From: Arenicellales bacterium
Lineage (GTDB): Bacteria; Pseudomonadota; Gammaproteobacteria; Arenicellales; JAJDZL01
Direction of reading: 5' to 3'
Length of the DNA stretch: 64,000 bases
Assembly: GCA_951813075.1 (NCBI GenBank)
Contig: OX638343.1
Span: forward strand, 2,743,999 to 2,807,998
Shown: positions 1-9,294 of the stretch, piece after piece
Position numbering within the stretch: position 1 is the stretch's first letter
Layout of the letters: each line of letters begins with the position of its first letter
The notes under the pieces: model-generated
The model's input: only the letters and a program-made list of their open reading frames with translations
Database searches by the model: none
Told to the model about the DNA's origin: nothing
Translations under genes and position numbers: made by a program

Positions 1-721
1 TTCGTGACGCAAGCGTGAACTAGCTGGAAAATTCTTGCTAAATTTGAATGCGATTGCATACTACCCAAATCGGCATTTTGAATATCCTTTCCGGACGGAA
101 GTGAAGCGGATTCAGTCACCATATTTTATTCAGAGTTTAAGACGGTGGATGTGCGGATTCGCAGTTTACTTTGCTAACTAAATGGACACACTAACCGCAC
201 TGGTTCATTTTATTGATGTGATGATGATGGCTGAACAAAATCCACGATATTTTATATGTCGGAGAAGCTTGATGAAGTCACTTTTCAAAGGCGGAACATC
301 AACAACCGAGTACCACAAGTTGTGTTGTTTGGCGAGTGAAAGAGCGAATCTAAGAATCTTGATGATTTTTTCGATGACAACGAATCATGAGAAACATCAA
401 CCGCCATCACCCACTGCGATACAGAACAATGTTCCTGAAACCCCAGAAATGACGGCGTCAAGCAAGTTGACAGGCATCCTGTCAGCACCGAAATCTTGCG
501 ACATTTACATCGAATTCCGGTAAGGGGATCAGTTAGAAAGTGACAATCACATTGTTATCATCTGATCATCAAACTCATTACGGTTCCAACTACCCAAGCT
601 GACTTGTGGGTTTGGTATCAGAGAGTTACTTGTTTGTTTCAGGACTTCAGCCGCTCAGACGATTCTGACACAGAACGGTTAATATTGAAATTGAAAAGCC
701 GAGATCCCGCACACCAACAAT

Positions 722-1912
722 CTATTCCGGATCTACAGACTCGATTACGTGAACAACACTGACTGTACAGATGCCGGAATGTGCGTCGGTGAGACCCCGA
801 CTAAGTTTTCGTGCAGGTTGAAGTTTAGGTTCATACGCACCTTTCAGCAGGCGATAAATGGTTACCGCTTGAGCAATTCCGGTAGCTCCAGGTGCGCCGC
901 CTTGTCCGATCAGGCCGCCCGACAGATTGACAGGCAGTTTCCCATCTGGCAGAAATGTTCCTTCTTCCATGGCTGGCCCCGCTTGGCCCGGTGTACAAAG
1001 ACTGAGCGCATCAATGCTTTGCAGTTCTGCACCGCTGAACGCATCATACACCTCAGCGACATCAATCTCCTCGGCTGGGTCGGTAATTCCTGCGAGCGAG
1101 TAAGCTTGTTTGGCTGCGCGTGATTTTGCCGTAAAAATATGTGGTGCGCTGCGATCTCCAAGTCGCAAAGAGTCGGTACTGCAACCACTTCCCGCAATCC
1201 TTATCGAATGCTGCTGATCGGAATTGCCGTTGTCGGCTGAAAGTACAATCGCCGCCGCACCATCGCTGACCATCGAGCAGTCGAGAAGACGATAAGGATC
1301 GCTGATTATCTCCGAATTGAGTACATCATCAACGGTGATATCCATGGGTTTATGCGCGAATCGGTTACTGATCGCGTTACCGTGGTTCTTGACTGAAACC
1401 AGCGCAGCCTGTTTTGAAGTGGCATTGAATTTTCGACAATACATCTTGAATGAGAGAGCATACAAATTCGCGGTACTGACACCACTCCAACCTTCAATGT
1501 CAGCATCAAAGGAAAGTCCGTAAACCTTTTGCACGCCAGCACGAGTCAATCGACTCGCGGTCTGATCATAGCCGATGACCAGAACGTTCTGCGCGAGACC
1601 AGAACAGACTTGCAGGAAACCTTCGCGTAGTGCCGCTGCGCCACTGGCACCTCCGGCTTCCACATGAATCGCGCCCGCGCCCGTTAATCCCAACTCATCG
1701 GTTACCAATGCTGCTGGACTGACCTGAAGCGATAGCATATCGCTTTCACTCGCGACGACAACGGAGTCAATATCAGAGTTGGCGAGCTGCGCTTCATCCA
1801 AGGCGTGTCTGCCTACTTCCCGAATCCAATCTCGAAAAGTAGAACCATCCTGATAACGCCGAAACGCAATCGTGGATGCTCCGGTTATGAATGGTCGACG
1901 GTTATCGTCCAT
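722..1912 (-). CDS. Thiolase-fold protein (SCP-x/nsLTP-like subfamily), apparently lacking the canonical catalytic Cys and His
   Basis: 396-aa ORF. VEAGGASGAAAL sits where thiolases carry the nucleophile motif (..C.SG..A), with Gly in place of Cys. NLSGGLIGQGGAPGATG sits where GHP.GATG is expected, with Gly in place of His. Only 5 nt separate it from the stop of the upstream TRAP large permease. Confidence 0.75.
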   Translation of the reverse strand: MDDNRRPFITGASTIAFRRYQDGSTFRDWIREVGRHALDEAQLANSDIDSVVVASESDMLSLQVSPAALVTDELGLTGAGAIHVEAGGASGAAALREGFLQVCSGLAQNVLVIGYDQTASRLTRAGVQKVYGLSFDADIEGWSGVSTANLYALSFKMYCRKFNATSKQAALVSVKNHGNAISNRFAHKPMDITVDDVLNSEIISDPYRLLDCSMVSDGAAAIVLSADNGNSDQQHSIRIAGSGCSTDSLRLGDRSAPHIFTAKSRAAKQAYSLAGITDPAEEIDVAEVYDAFSGAELQSIDALSLCTPGQAGPAMEEGTFLPDGKLPVNLSGGLIGQGGAPGATGIAQAVTIYRLLKGAYEPKLQPARKLSRGLTDAHSGICTVSVVHVIESVDPE

Positions 1913-1917
1913 CGCGG

Positions 1918-3231
1918 TTATCCCGCTATCATCTTCTGCGGAAGCCAGGTTGCCAGTTCAGGGAATGAGATCAATAATGCAAGAACAAGAATATCAAATA
2001 GGATGAACGGAATTACACCTTTGACGACATGGTGAAATTCCGCCTGATCCCCGAGTGCGCTCAGTACCGCGAACAGATTGATTCCGACAGGTGGCGTAAT
2101 CACCGAGATCTCGATCAGTTTGACCAGCACAATCCCAAACCAGATCGGGTCGATATTCAGCTCAACCACCACTGGAAACAGAAAGGGTAGTGTGACCACC
2201 ATCATTGAGGTGGTGTCTAGAAAGCATCCAAGCAGAATATAGAGAATCGAGACGAATATCATGAATTTGAGTGGCGTATCGGCGACCGACGTGATCAGAT
2301 CGACAAGACTGTCGATGATACCCACGACGACCAGCATTCTGGAAAGCAGCAGCCCGCCGATCAGAATGACAAAGATGACGCAGCTGATTGTCGCGGCATC
2401 ATACAGTGCGGGCGGAAGCCACCGCTTCAAGGTTCTTTTTTTCGCAATGGCAAGACAGAAAGCACCGAAAGCGCCCGCCGCGCCGGCAGCCGAAGGCGGG
2501 AAAAGACCTGTGTATATACCACCCAGAACGATCGCCATCAGGAACAAAACCGGCCATACGTAGATCATCGACTTGAATTTTTCGCTCAGAAGGACACGAT
2601 CCTTGATTGGCGGAGCCAGTGAGGGCCGGAGTCTGACCAGCAAATAAACGCCAGCAAGATACACAAACGCTGTGATCAGTCCCGGTATGACACCTGCCAT
2701 CAATAGTTGCCCAACGGATTGCTCTGTGATGATGGCGTAAATAACCATGGTGATCGAAGGTGGAATCATGGCGGCAAAACTACCTGATCCCGCGATTGCC
2801 CCGATGGACAGACTGCGTGAATATCCAAACTTCAGCATCTGCGGAAATGCGATTCGAGTGAATACGACCGCGTTTACGATGGTAGACCCGGAAATTGCTG
2901 CGAAGACCGCAGATCCGACAATGACGGCCTGGTACAATCCACCGCGGAATCGTCTCAGCCACAGATCTGAGGAGTAAAAGACATCGCGGGTGACACCGGA
3001 AGATTCCGCGAGCACACCCATCAGTACGAACATGGGTAGTACGGCAAAAGCGTAGTTGTTGACCACCCAGAACGGTAGATTTCTCAACTGACCCCAGGTA
3101 AACAATTCGCCGGCGCCAAGCAACATGCCGCCGACGCCGATGATACCCATTGACACGCCCACTGGAATACCAATCGCCAGAAAGACGAACAGCATTCCGG
3201 CTCCAAGATATCCGACTAGTATTGGGTCCAT
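1918..3231 (-). CDS. TRAP transporter large permease (DctM family)
   Basis: 437-aa, almost entirely hydrophobic ORF with a DctM-like N-terminus (MDPILVGYLGAGMLFVFLAIGIPVGVSMG). It starts 1 nt after the small-permease stop. Confidence 0.9.
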   Translation of the reverse strand: MDPILVGYLGAGMLFVFLAIGIPVGVSMGIIGVGGMLLGAGELFTWGQLRNLPFWVVNNYAFAVLPMFVLMGVLAESSGVTRDVFYSSDLWLRRFRGGLYQAVIVGSAVFAAISGSTIVNAVVFTRIAFPQMLKFGYSRSLSIGAIAGSGSFAAMIPPSITMVIYAIITEQSVGQLLMAGVIPGLITAFVYLAGVYLLVRLRPSLAPPIKDRVLLSEKFKSMIYVWPVLFLMAIVLGGIYTGLFPPSAAGAAGAFGAFCLAIAKKRTLKRWLPPALYDAATISCVIFVILIGGLLLSRMLVVVGIIDSLVDLITSVADTPLKFMIFVSILYILLGCFLDTTSMMVVTLPFLFPVVVELNIDPIWFGIVLVKLIEISVITPPVGINLFAVLSALGDQAEFHHVVKGVIPFILFDILVLALLISFPELATWLPQKMIAG

Positions 3232-3232
3232 C

Positions 3233-3787
3233 TCAATCTATCCGGTATTGGGAAGGGGGTTCGTCCTCATCTTCCTCAATTCGAAATCTGCTGAAAACCA
3301 CACCGAGCATATCGAAAAGACATTGCACTGTCATCAGGGTCACACCAATCGCAAGACAGAAGCGCGCAGGCCACAAAGGAAAGTTGATCAAGCCAGTCGA
3401 GTATTCACCGACGCTGAAAGAGTGAAGCGCCGCCGCCCAGCCAAAGCGGGCAATCAATCCAAACAGTATCATCGCCAAAGCGTATTGCAATATGTCTGCG
3501 AGCTTTCGCCAGTTCTCTGGCAAGCGTCGCACCAGCAATTCGACGCGAATGTGTCTTTTTCTTTGCTGCGTGTATGAAACCGCGAGAAATACCGTCACCA
3601 CCATCATTGCGCCCATAAACTCGAATGTCGCTGGAATGGGTCGACTTCTGAGACCGACTACATCGAGATTGGTGCCGAACACATCAGCAGCACCTGCAAG
3701 CATCATCAGCAGGATCGCGAACCCCGCTAGAATGGCGCATCCACGGGTGAGTTTCAGCAGAATTTTAGCTGGGTTCATCAGGGGCAA
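3233..3787 (-). CDS. TRAP transporter small permease (DctQ family)
   Basis: 184-aa ORF with about 4 hydrophobic segments. It lies between the SBP and large-permease genes, as in DctPQM operons. Confidence 0.8.
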   Translation of the reverse strand: MPLMNPAKILLKLTRGCAILAGFAILLMMLAGAADVFGTNLDVVGLRSRPIPATFEFMGAMMVVTVFLAVSYTQQRKRHIRVELLVRRLPENWRKLADILQYALAMILFGLIARFGWAAALHSFSVGEYSTGLINFPLWPARFCLAIGVTLMTVQCLFDMLGVVFSRFRIEEDEDEPPSQYRID

Positions 3788-3807
3788 TAAATCAGCGGTG
3801 AAAACAC

Positions 3808-3836
3808 GAATCCCGAGTTACGATTACTCGGGATTC
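3808..3836 (-). promoter_or_regulatory. Intercistronic stem-loop after the SBP gene (11-bp perfect stem, 7-nt loop)
   Basis: gaatcccgagt / tacgatt / actcgggattc lies in the 76-nt gap between the SBP stop and the small-permease start. On the coding strand it is followed by cgtgttttc. Confidence 0.5.
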
Positions 3837-3863
3837 GCCTTAGCAGAAAAACGTTCAGAAAAG

Positions 3864-4883
3864 TCAGTTACCTACGACTTCTCTCCATATTTCTATAGTT
3901 TTCGTGGCATCCTCACCGCGTCCCATCTCCGTCATGTCAGCAATGAAATCGGCGAAAAAGTCAGGATTGGCAGCTCGCCATTTTGCCGCTTCTTCGGCCG
4001 GAAATTCATGGAACTGGACACCTTGGGCTTCGAGAATTCCTATGGCTTCCTTACCAGCAGCCAGCACTTGGTCACGATCCCTCCGCGCCGCTTGAAATGA
4101 AAGATCCTGAACGATTGCTCGTTGCTCATCAGTAAAGCCTTCCCAGATAGCACTGGAAATCCAGACCGCGTTGGTCGGGCCTTCCCACAGCGTGATGTAG
4201 TGAATATGCTTGGCTACTTCGTAGATCTTGTAACTTACCATCAAATCGACCGAGAACGGAATGCAATCGACTGTTCCCTTGGACAGCCCTTCATAAAGTT
4301 CCGGCAATCCGAGTGTGATCGGTACACCGCCAGCGGCTTGAACCATTCGAGGCATGTCCTTGCCCCATGTTCGGACTTTCTTGCCTTCCATGTCAGCAAC
4401 ACTAGACACCATTTCCTTGCACACTAGCAGGTATGGGTTCAGATGATGGAAAAAGAGTGCCTTCATACCATTGCGCTTGGCTTCCTCTTCAAACTCCGGA
4501 ACTTCCACCAGCAGTCGCTCCATCAATTCTGTTGCCTGTGGAACCTCCGACATGGCCATGGGAATTGAGTTCGGCGCTGCGTGAAATGGCAGTTCGGCAG
4601 GAAAGTATCCAGGCGACATAGCGGCAAGTTCAATCGCACCACTCTGTATCAGACCAAGATTTTCTTTACCTTTACCCAGTGCACCTTCCCAGAATATTTT
4701 TATATCGACTTCGCCATTGGTGGCTTCTCTGATTTGATCGGCCCACCACAAGTCAACCTGACCACCGGGAGTGTTTTCAGTCCATTGACTGCTCATCTTC
4801 AGAACAGGGGCTGAATGCCCGGCGGTAGACAGAACCATGAACAGAGCTGGCAAAATTATTATCGACAAAGTTTTCAGTCTCAT
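3864..4883 (-). CDS. TRAP transporter substrate-binding protein (DctP family)
   Basis: ORF 3864..4937 trimmed to the ATG preceded by a strong SD (aaggagg). That start opens a signal peptide (MRLKTLSIIILPALFMVLSTAGHSA). The rest is a DctP-like periplasmic protein. Confidence 0.85.
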   Translation of the reverse strand: MRLKTLSIIILPALFMVLSTAGHSAPVLKMSSQWTENTPGGQVDLWWADQIREATNGEVDIKIFWEGALGKGKENLGLIQSGAIELAAMSPGYFPAELPFHAAPNSIPMAMSEVPQATELMERLLVEVPEFEEEAKRNGMKALFFHHLNPYLLVCKEMVSSVADMEGKKVRTWGKDMPRMVQAAGGVPITLGLPELYEGLSKGTVDCIPFSVDLMVSYKIYEVAKHIHYITLWEGPTNAVWISSAIWEGFTDEQRAIVQDLSFQAARRDRDQVLAAGKEAIGILEAQGVQFHEFPAEEAAKWRAANPDFFADFIADMTEMGRGEDATKTIEIWREVVGN

Positions 4884-5035
4884 TACTGTTCCTCCTTCTT
4901 TGATATATTTAGTACGTATCACAAATATATAGCACACAAAATTCTCTACATTACATAATTTGTCACGACAAGGGGCAGATTCAGTTAGTTGTACTGATTT
5001 GACCCCTCAAGGACGAGAATTTAGCAAAACAGGCA

Positions 5036-6469
5036 ATGAGAAATCGAAACACGAAAATTCAGCAAGAACTCGCTGCAATTACAGGCGAGTCGCATGTACT
5101 GACTAATGACGACTTGACAGCAGCTTACCTGAAGGAACGGCGCGGTCGTTTTGATAGCGAGACGATGTGTGTTGTGTTGCCTGCCAGCGTTGAAGAAGTG
5201 TCCGAAATCGTTCGTTTATGCCGTAAACGGAATCAACCGATTGTGCCACAAGGCGGCAATACCGGCGTCTGTGGAGGTGCGGTTTCCAACGCTGAATCGG
5301 TCATCGTCAATCTTCAGAGATTGAATCGAATTCGAAGCGTCGATCAGACCGGCTACACAATGGAGGTCGAATCCGGTTGTATTCTGGCTGACTTGCAGTT
5401 CGCGGCAATTGACAACGACCTCTACCTGCCGCTGAGTCTCGGTGCCGAAGGATCATGTCAGATTGGCGGTAACCTGTCAACCAATGCCGGTGGAGTCAAT
5501 GTACTGCGATATGGAAATACCAGAGACCTGGTGCTGGGTTTGGAAGTGGTGTTGCCAGATGGTAACGTCTGGAACGGATTGAACTCGCTTCGTAAAAACA
5601 ACACGGGCTATGACCTCAAGAACATCTTCATTGGCGCAGAAGGTACGCTCGGTATCATTACGGCTGCGGTACTGAAACTGTTTCCGCGGCCGGTCAATCG
5701 TTCTACCGTAATGATTGCGATTGAATCAGTGCCAGATGCTTTGGAGCTGTTTTCCAGAACGCGTAAGGAGACTTCTGACTTCGCATCCTCTTTCGAACTG
5801 ATGTCCAGAGTGTGTGTCGAATCGGCATTCAGGCATATTCCAGAGTGCAGCGATTTCTTTCCCGGACGCGTCTATCCCTGGTATGTCCTGTTGGAACTGG
5901 GAGATAGCACCGATGGTGGTATCAGCCAGCAGCTCAATGAACGTTTTCTGGAACGCGCATTCGAGGATGGCATCATTTTGGATGCGGTACTGGCGCAGAA
6001 TGAGAACCAATCGATGCAGATGTGGCGGCTGAGAGAAGCGATCGTTGAATGTCAGAACTATGAAGGCAAAAGCATCAAGAATGATGTCAGTGTGCCGTTG
6101 TCCAACATTGCAGAGTTTATTGATCGGACCATTTCCAGCGCGGAATCAATGATTCCAGGTGTTCGATCTTTTGCATATGGGCACATAGGCGATGGAAATA
6201 TACATTTCAACCTCAGTCAGCCCGAAAATATGGATGGCGATGCGTTCTTTGATCAGTGGTATGCCGTCACCGATGAAGTACATGAGATCGCTGACAGTCT
6301 GGGCGGGTCATTCAGTGCCGAGCATGGCATCGGCCTCCTGAAGACGCGAGACATGACGCGGTATAAATCCACTGTTGAGCTGGACATCATGAAATCGATC
6401 AAGTCGGCGTTAGACCCCGACAATATCATGAACCCGGGGAAAGTGCTTCCGTCCGGCCTTTGCGACTGA
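5036..6469 (+). CDS. FAD-linked oxidase (GlcD / D-lactate / D-2-hydroxyglutarate dehydrogenase family)
   Basis: 477 aa. The N-terminal half is FAD_binding_4-like (PQGGNTGVCGGAV). The C-terminal half is FAD-oxidase_C-like (SFSAEHGIGLLK). Confidence 0.85.
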   Translation: MRNRNTKIQQELAAITGESHVLTNDDLTAAYLKERRGRFDSETMCVVLPASVEEVSEIVRLCRKRNQPIVPQGGNTGVCGGAVSNAESVIVNLQRLNRIRSVDQTGYTMEVESGCILADLQFAAIDNDLYLPLSLGAEGSCQIGGNLSTNAGGVNVLRYGNTRDLVLGLEVVLPDGNVWNGLNSLRKNNTGYDLKNIFIGAEGTLGIITAAVLKLFPRPVNRSTVMIAIESVPDALELFSRTRKETSDFASSFELMSRVCVESAFRHIPECSDFFPGRVYPWYVLLELGDSTDGGISQQLNERFLERAFEDGIILDAVLAQNENQSMQMWRLREAIVECQNYEGKSIKNDVSVPLSNIAEFIDRTISSAESMIPGVRSFAYGHIGDGNIHFNLSQPENMDGDAFFDQWYAVTDEVHEIADSLGGSFSAEHGIGLLKTRDMTRYKSTVELDIMKSIKSALDPDNIMNPGKVLPSGLCD

Positions 6470-6470
6470 A

Positions 6471-7184
6471 TCAGATCAGCGACCGAAAAATCTGTTGCTT
6501 GAGTCCTGCGATAGATCCCGAAGGGTCGAGTTCTTTCGGACAGTAGCTGGTGCACGACCTCGTTGTGTGACAGGACAGGCAACCGGACACAGTCGCTGTG
6601 CCGCGAAAAAGATCGCTTTGGTTTTTGTCACGCTCGTCATTTACAAGTGACCAGGTACGATTAAGCGCAGCGGGCCCCAGGTAGTCGGGGTTCCATTTAA
6701 CCACATCACAAGCCGCGTGACACACTCCGCATCCGATACATTCGATGGCTCGGTCAACCGCTTTACGTTTCGGGCTGTTGGGACGAATTTGAGCGAACAC
6801 TTTTGATTCGGCTTGCCCTGAATTCAAATCCCCCGAAGCCTTATCCAATTTTTCGAAAAAATTGTCCATGTCGACAACCAGATCCTTGATCACAGGAAAA
6901 TTTCTCAAAGGTGCGATCCTGATCCTCGACTCATTATCGAATACCGCCGCTTGTGTTCGACAGGTCCAGCGGGGCACACCATTGACGGTCATTGCACAGG
7001 TACCACACATCCCGACTCGGCAGGAGAACCGATAAGAAAGCGTACTATCCAATTCGCGCTGAATATAAGTGACGACGTCCAGTATCGTCTGGCGAGTGTT
7101 ACGCGGCACCTGGTACGAATGATATGTACCAGATCTGTCGCCGCGCCAGATTTCTACATCAATGATTTGTTGATTCATCGGCAT
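6471..7184 (-). CDS. Succinate dehydrogenase/fumarate reductase-type iron-sulfur subunit (SdhB/FrdB-like), orphan
   Basis: 237 aa with the SdhB cluster pattern: CRVGMCGTCAMTVNG..C (2Fe-2S), CIGCGVCHAAC, and CLSCHTTRSCTSYCPK. No flavoprotein or membrane-anchor gene is adjacent. Confidence 0.8.
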   Translation of the reverse strand: MPMNQQIIDVEIWRGDRSGTYHSYQVPRNTRQTILDVVTYIQRELDSTLSYRFSCRVGMCGTCAMTVNGVPRWTCRTQAAVFDNESRIRIAPLRNFPVIKDLVVDMDNFFEKLDKASGDLNSGQAESKVFAQIRPNSPKRKAVDRAIECIGCGVCHAACDVVKWNPDYLGPAALNRTWSLVNDERDKNQSDLFRGTATVSGCLSCHTTRSCTSYCPKELDPSGSIAGLKQQIFRSLI

Positions 7185-7335
7185 TTGGTTAGCAAGTCAA
7201 ATAGACCAGTTCGTAAGGTTACGATTGGTTGAAGTTTGTGTTGGGAATTGACTAATTGGATATTAAATTTTCGCCGGGCTTTCAATGATATTCCAATTTG
7301 ACGATTCATTCGAAAATCAATAGTTCGAATAAGTT

Positions 7336-7470
7336 TGTACGCATCGCCTCTACCAGGTCATGGCGGTTGACGGTGGCGAGCGGATGAAATGCCCAGTCGT
7401 CGATGATCAGAAGCGGCATCGAGCGGAGGCACCAGATGAATCTGTAATACTCTCCGACGCCGCAGCTCTA
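7336..7470 (-). pseudogene. Fragment of an IS21-type IstB helper ATPase (Walker B region only)
   Basis: The minus strand reads ..GEYYRFIWCLRSMPLLIIDDWAFHPLATVNRHDLVEAMRTN. This resembles the IstB pattern LLI(L/I)DDWG..PL....R.DL.E. Only about 45 codons remain, with no start and stops on both sides. Confidence 0.4.
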
Positions 7471-7621
7471 GCCGGACCCGCACCGATTTCGATGGTTCAA
7501 CAAACTCACCATCTTTTTCACTGGCTGAAAGAAATTAGCTCTTTGACTCGACAGAGGGCGATGGAGACCGATCACCGCTATCTTTTTTGAAATTGCGGGT
7601 AGGTCCATTAGAACTGGCAGT

Positions 7622-8857
7622 TTAATCTGCTGACTCGTCAATCATCGCATAGGCATCGATTTCAATGGTCATCGCGTCATACGCCAGCACCGGCAGGGGG
7701 ATTCCGGTCGATGCCGGACCAGGATTATCGAAATAGGATGAACGAATCGGTAAATTCCGATGCAGGTCTTCAGCACCACAGTCACCCCGATACACGGTCA
7801 TGATCTTGCACACATCATCGTAGTCGGCTCCAAGATCATTCAGGACCGTCCCGATGTGCTTCATTGCCTGATGAGTTTGGGCAGTGAGGTCATCGGGATG
7901 GACTGCCGTTCCGTGTTCATCCAGTGATACTTGCCCGCCCAAAAAAATCATTCCATCACATTTCAGACCGTGTTTATAGGGAAGATGAACATGCCAATCC
8001 CACAAACCTGTCGGCCACGAGTGGATACGCGGCAACTGGCTTCCGTCTTCTCCCAACATTGCAATCGCGGAAATCTTGATGAGCACTTCGTCGTCGGCAT
8101 GTCTCGGAATTGGAATGCCAGTGGCAGCAGGACCTGGTTCACTAAAATTTCGTGCAAATGCGAGCGCAGCGGATTCAAAATCTTCGATGCCGCACCCGCC
8201 AACATACCAGCGATTTATTTTCACAACGTCATCAAAAGTCGCACCGAACTCTTCCAATACCCGGGAAATTCGAGTTGCGACGACATTGGTTTGACCCACA
8301 ATATCGCCTTTGTTGGTGACAATGTATTCAGCGTCAACCGGATATTGACCGGAGACAAATATCATTTTGTCAGAGCGAAGCCCTTCTACAAACGGTTTTG
8401 GCAACAGACTTGACCCGCAGGTTTCGGTATACGTTCGAACTGTGCTTTCACCGTTTTCGCGACGCATTGCGTACCCTTCAATTTCTACCATCAGGCCATC
8501 GTACGCAAGATAGGGTACCGGTATTGCGGTGACCGTCGTTCGACACTCTTCAGGAAGGCAACTTGCGACTTGCTGTAGAAATTCCGATTCGTCAACCGAA
8601 CCGTCGTTGACATAGAAACAGAGCAACGTTACCAGGTCCTCGAACTGACAATCGAGATCTTCCAGCACCCTATTGAAATATGAAATGCAATTAACAGTTT
8701 GTTTGGCAAGATTTCCAGGATTTTGGACTTCGCCTTCGGTGTTAAGATCGACTTGACCGCCAACCCAAAACATCGGTCCGCGTTGAACACCGTGTTTATG
8801 ATTGACCCGAATAGGCCAATTCCAGTGATTTTGTGGCCAGCTATATCGTTTTTTCAC
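7622..8857 (-). CDS. Protein with three tandem RidA/YjgF/UK114 (endoribonuclease L-PSP)-like domains
   Basis: 411 aa, three modules of about 135 aa. Modules 1 and 3 open with WPQNHWNWPIRVNHKHGVQRGPMFWVGGQVDL and WPTGLWDWHVHLPYKHGLKCDGMIFLGGQVSL. Module 2 has KMIFVSGQYPVD. Each module ends with an ..IP.P....(V/I)(E/K)I(E/S/D)..AM strand. Confidence 0.75.
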   Translation of the reverse strand: MKKRYSWPQNHWNWPIRVNHKHGVQRGPMFWVGGQVDLNTEGEVQNPGNLAKQTVNCISYFNRVLEDLDCQFEDLVTLLCFYVNDGSVDESEFLQQVASCLPEECRTTVTAIPVPYLAYDGLMVEIEGYAMRRENGESTVRTYTETCGSSLLPKPFVEGLRSDKMIFVSGQYPVDAEYIVTNKGDIVGQTNVVATRISRVLEEFGATFDDVVKINRWYVGGCGIEDFESAALAFARNFSEPGPAATGIPIPRHADDEVLIKISAIAMLGEDGSQLPRIHSWPTGLWDWHVHLPYKHGLKCDGMIFLGGQVSLDEHGTAVHPDDLTAQTHQAMKHIGTVLNDLGADYDDVCKIMTVYRGDCGAEDLHRNLPIRSSYFDNPGPASTGIPLPVLAYDAMTIEIDAYAMIDESAD

Positions 8858-9294
8858 TGCAATTACTGAATTTTTAGGTCAAGTCCGAACTGCCTGACTA
8901 TTATTCGCAAAAGTCGATTAGATGCTTTGTTATCAAACGATTCGATCAATCAGCCTATTAATAAATATCTTATCAGAAACTGGTTGTTACAAATTTGGTT
9001 AAACTGCGATTACCGCCGAAACCGATTCAAAAGAATATACACATCAATATTACCAGCCTGAGTTCGGCACGATTCATGGCAATAACTCGTTACGATAACA
9101 TTGCGTCAACTGAATGTTGAGGCGTCGATAATTGAGTTTGACATTCAGATCAGCTCGTATTTCAGCAATCATTTCTTTCCAGTCAAAATAACAAAGTCGA
9201 CATCTGATTCATAATTGAAGTTTATAATTTAGCTAAACTATATATATATTAAATTATCGATAGTCAATAATTGATAGTGTAAGTTACCTTTAAC

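Noticed and set aside
1-122. Minus-strand ORF starting at an ATG at 122 and running off the left edge (MVTESASLPSGKDIQNADLGSMQSHSNLARIFQLVHACVT..)
   Set aside because: Only 40 codons are visible, with no SD and no recognisable family. Whether it is real cannot be decided from this window.
182-523. 113-codon plus-strand ORF (and the antisense ORF 285..488) in the first 720 bp
   Set aside because: It has no RBS and no recognisable motif, and the composition is odd (Met/Cys/Thr runs). Minus-strand frames here are equally broken. I treat 1-721 as spacer or decayed DNA, not a gene.
9060-9200. Minus-strand peptide ..YFDWKEMIAEIRADLNVKLNYRRLNIQLTQCYRNELLP in the spacer upstream of the AbiE genes
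   Set aside because: It is about 45 codons with no start codon. I could not confirm a resemblance to any family (IS3 OrfB C-termini were considered). It is too weak to call.
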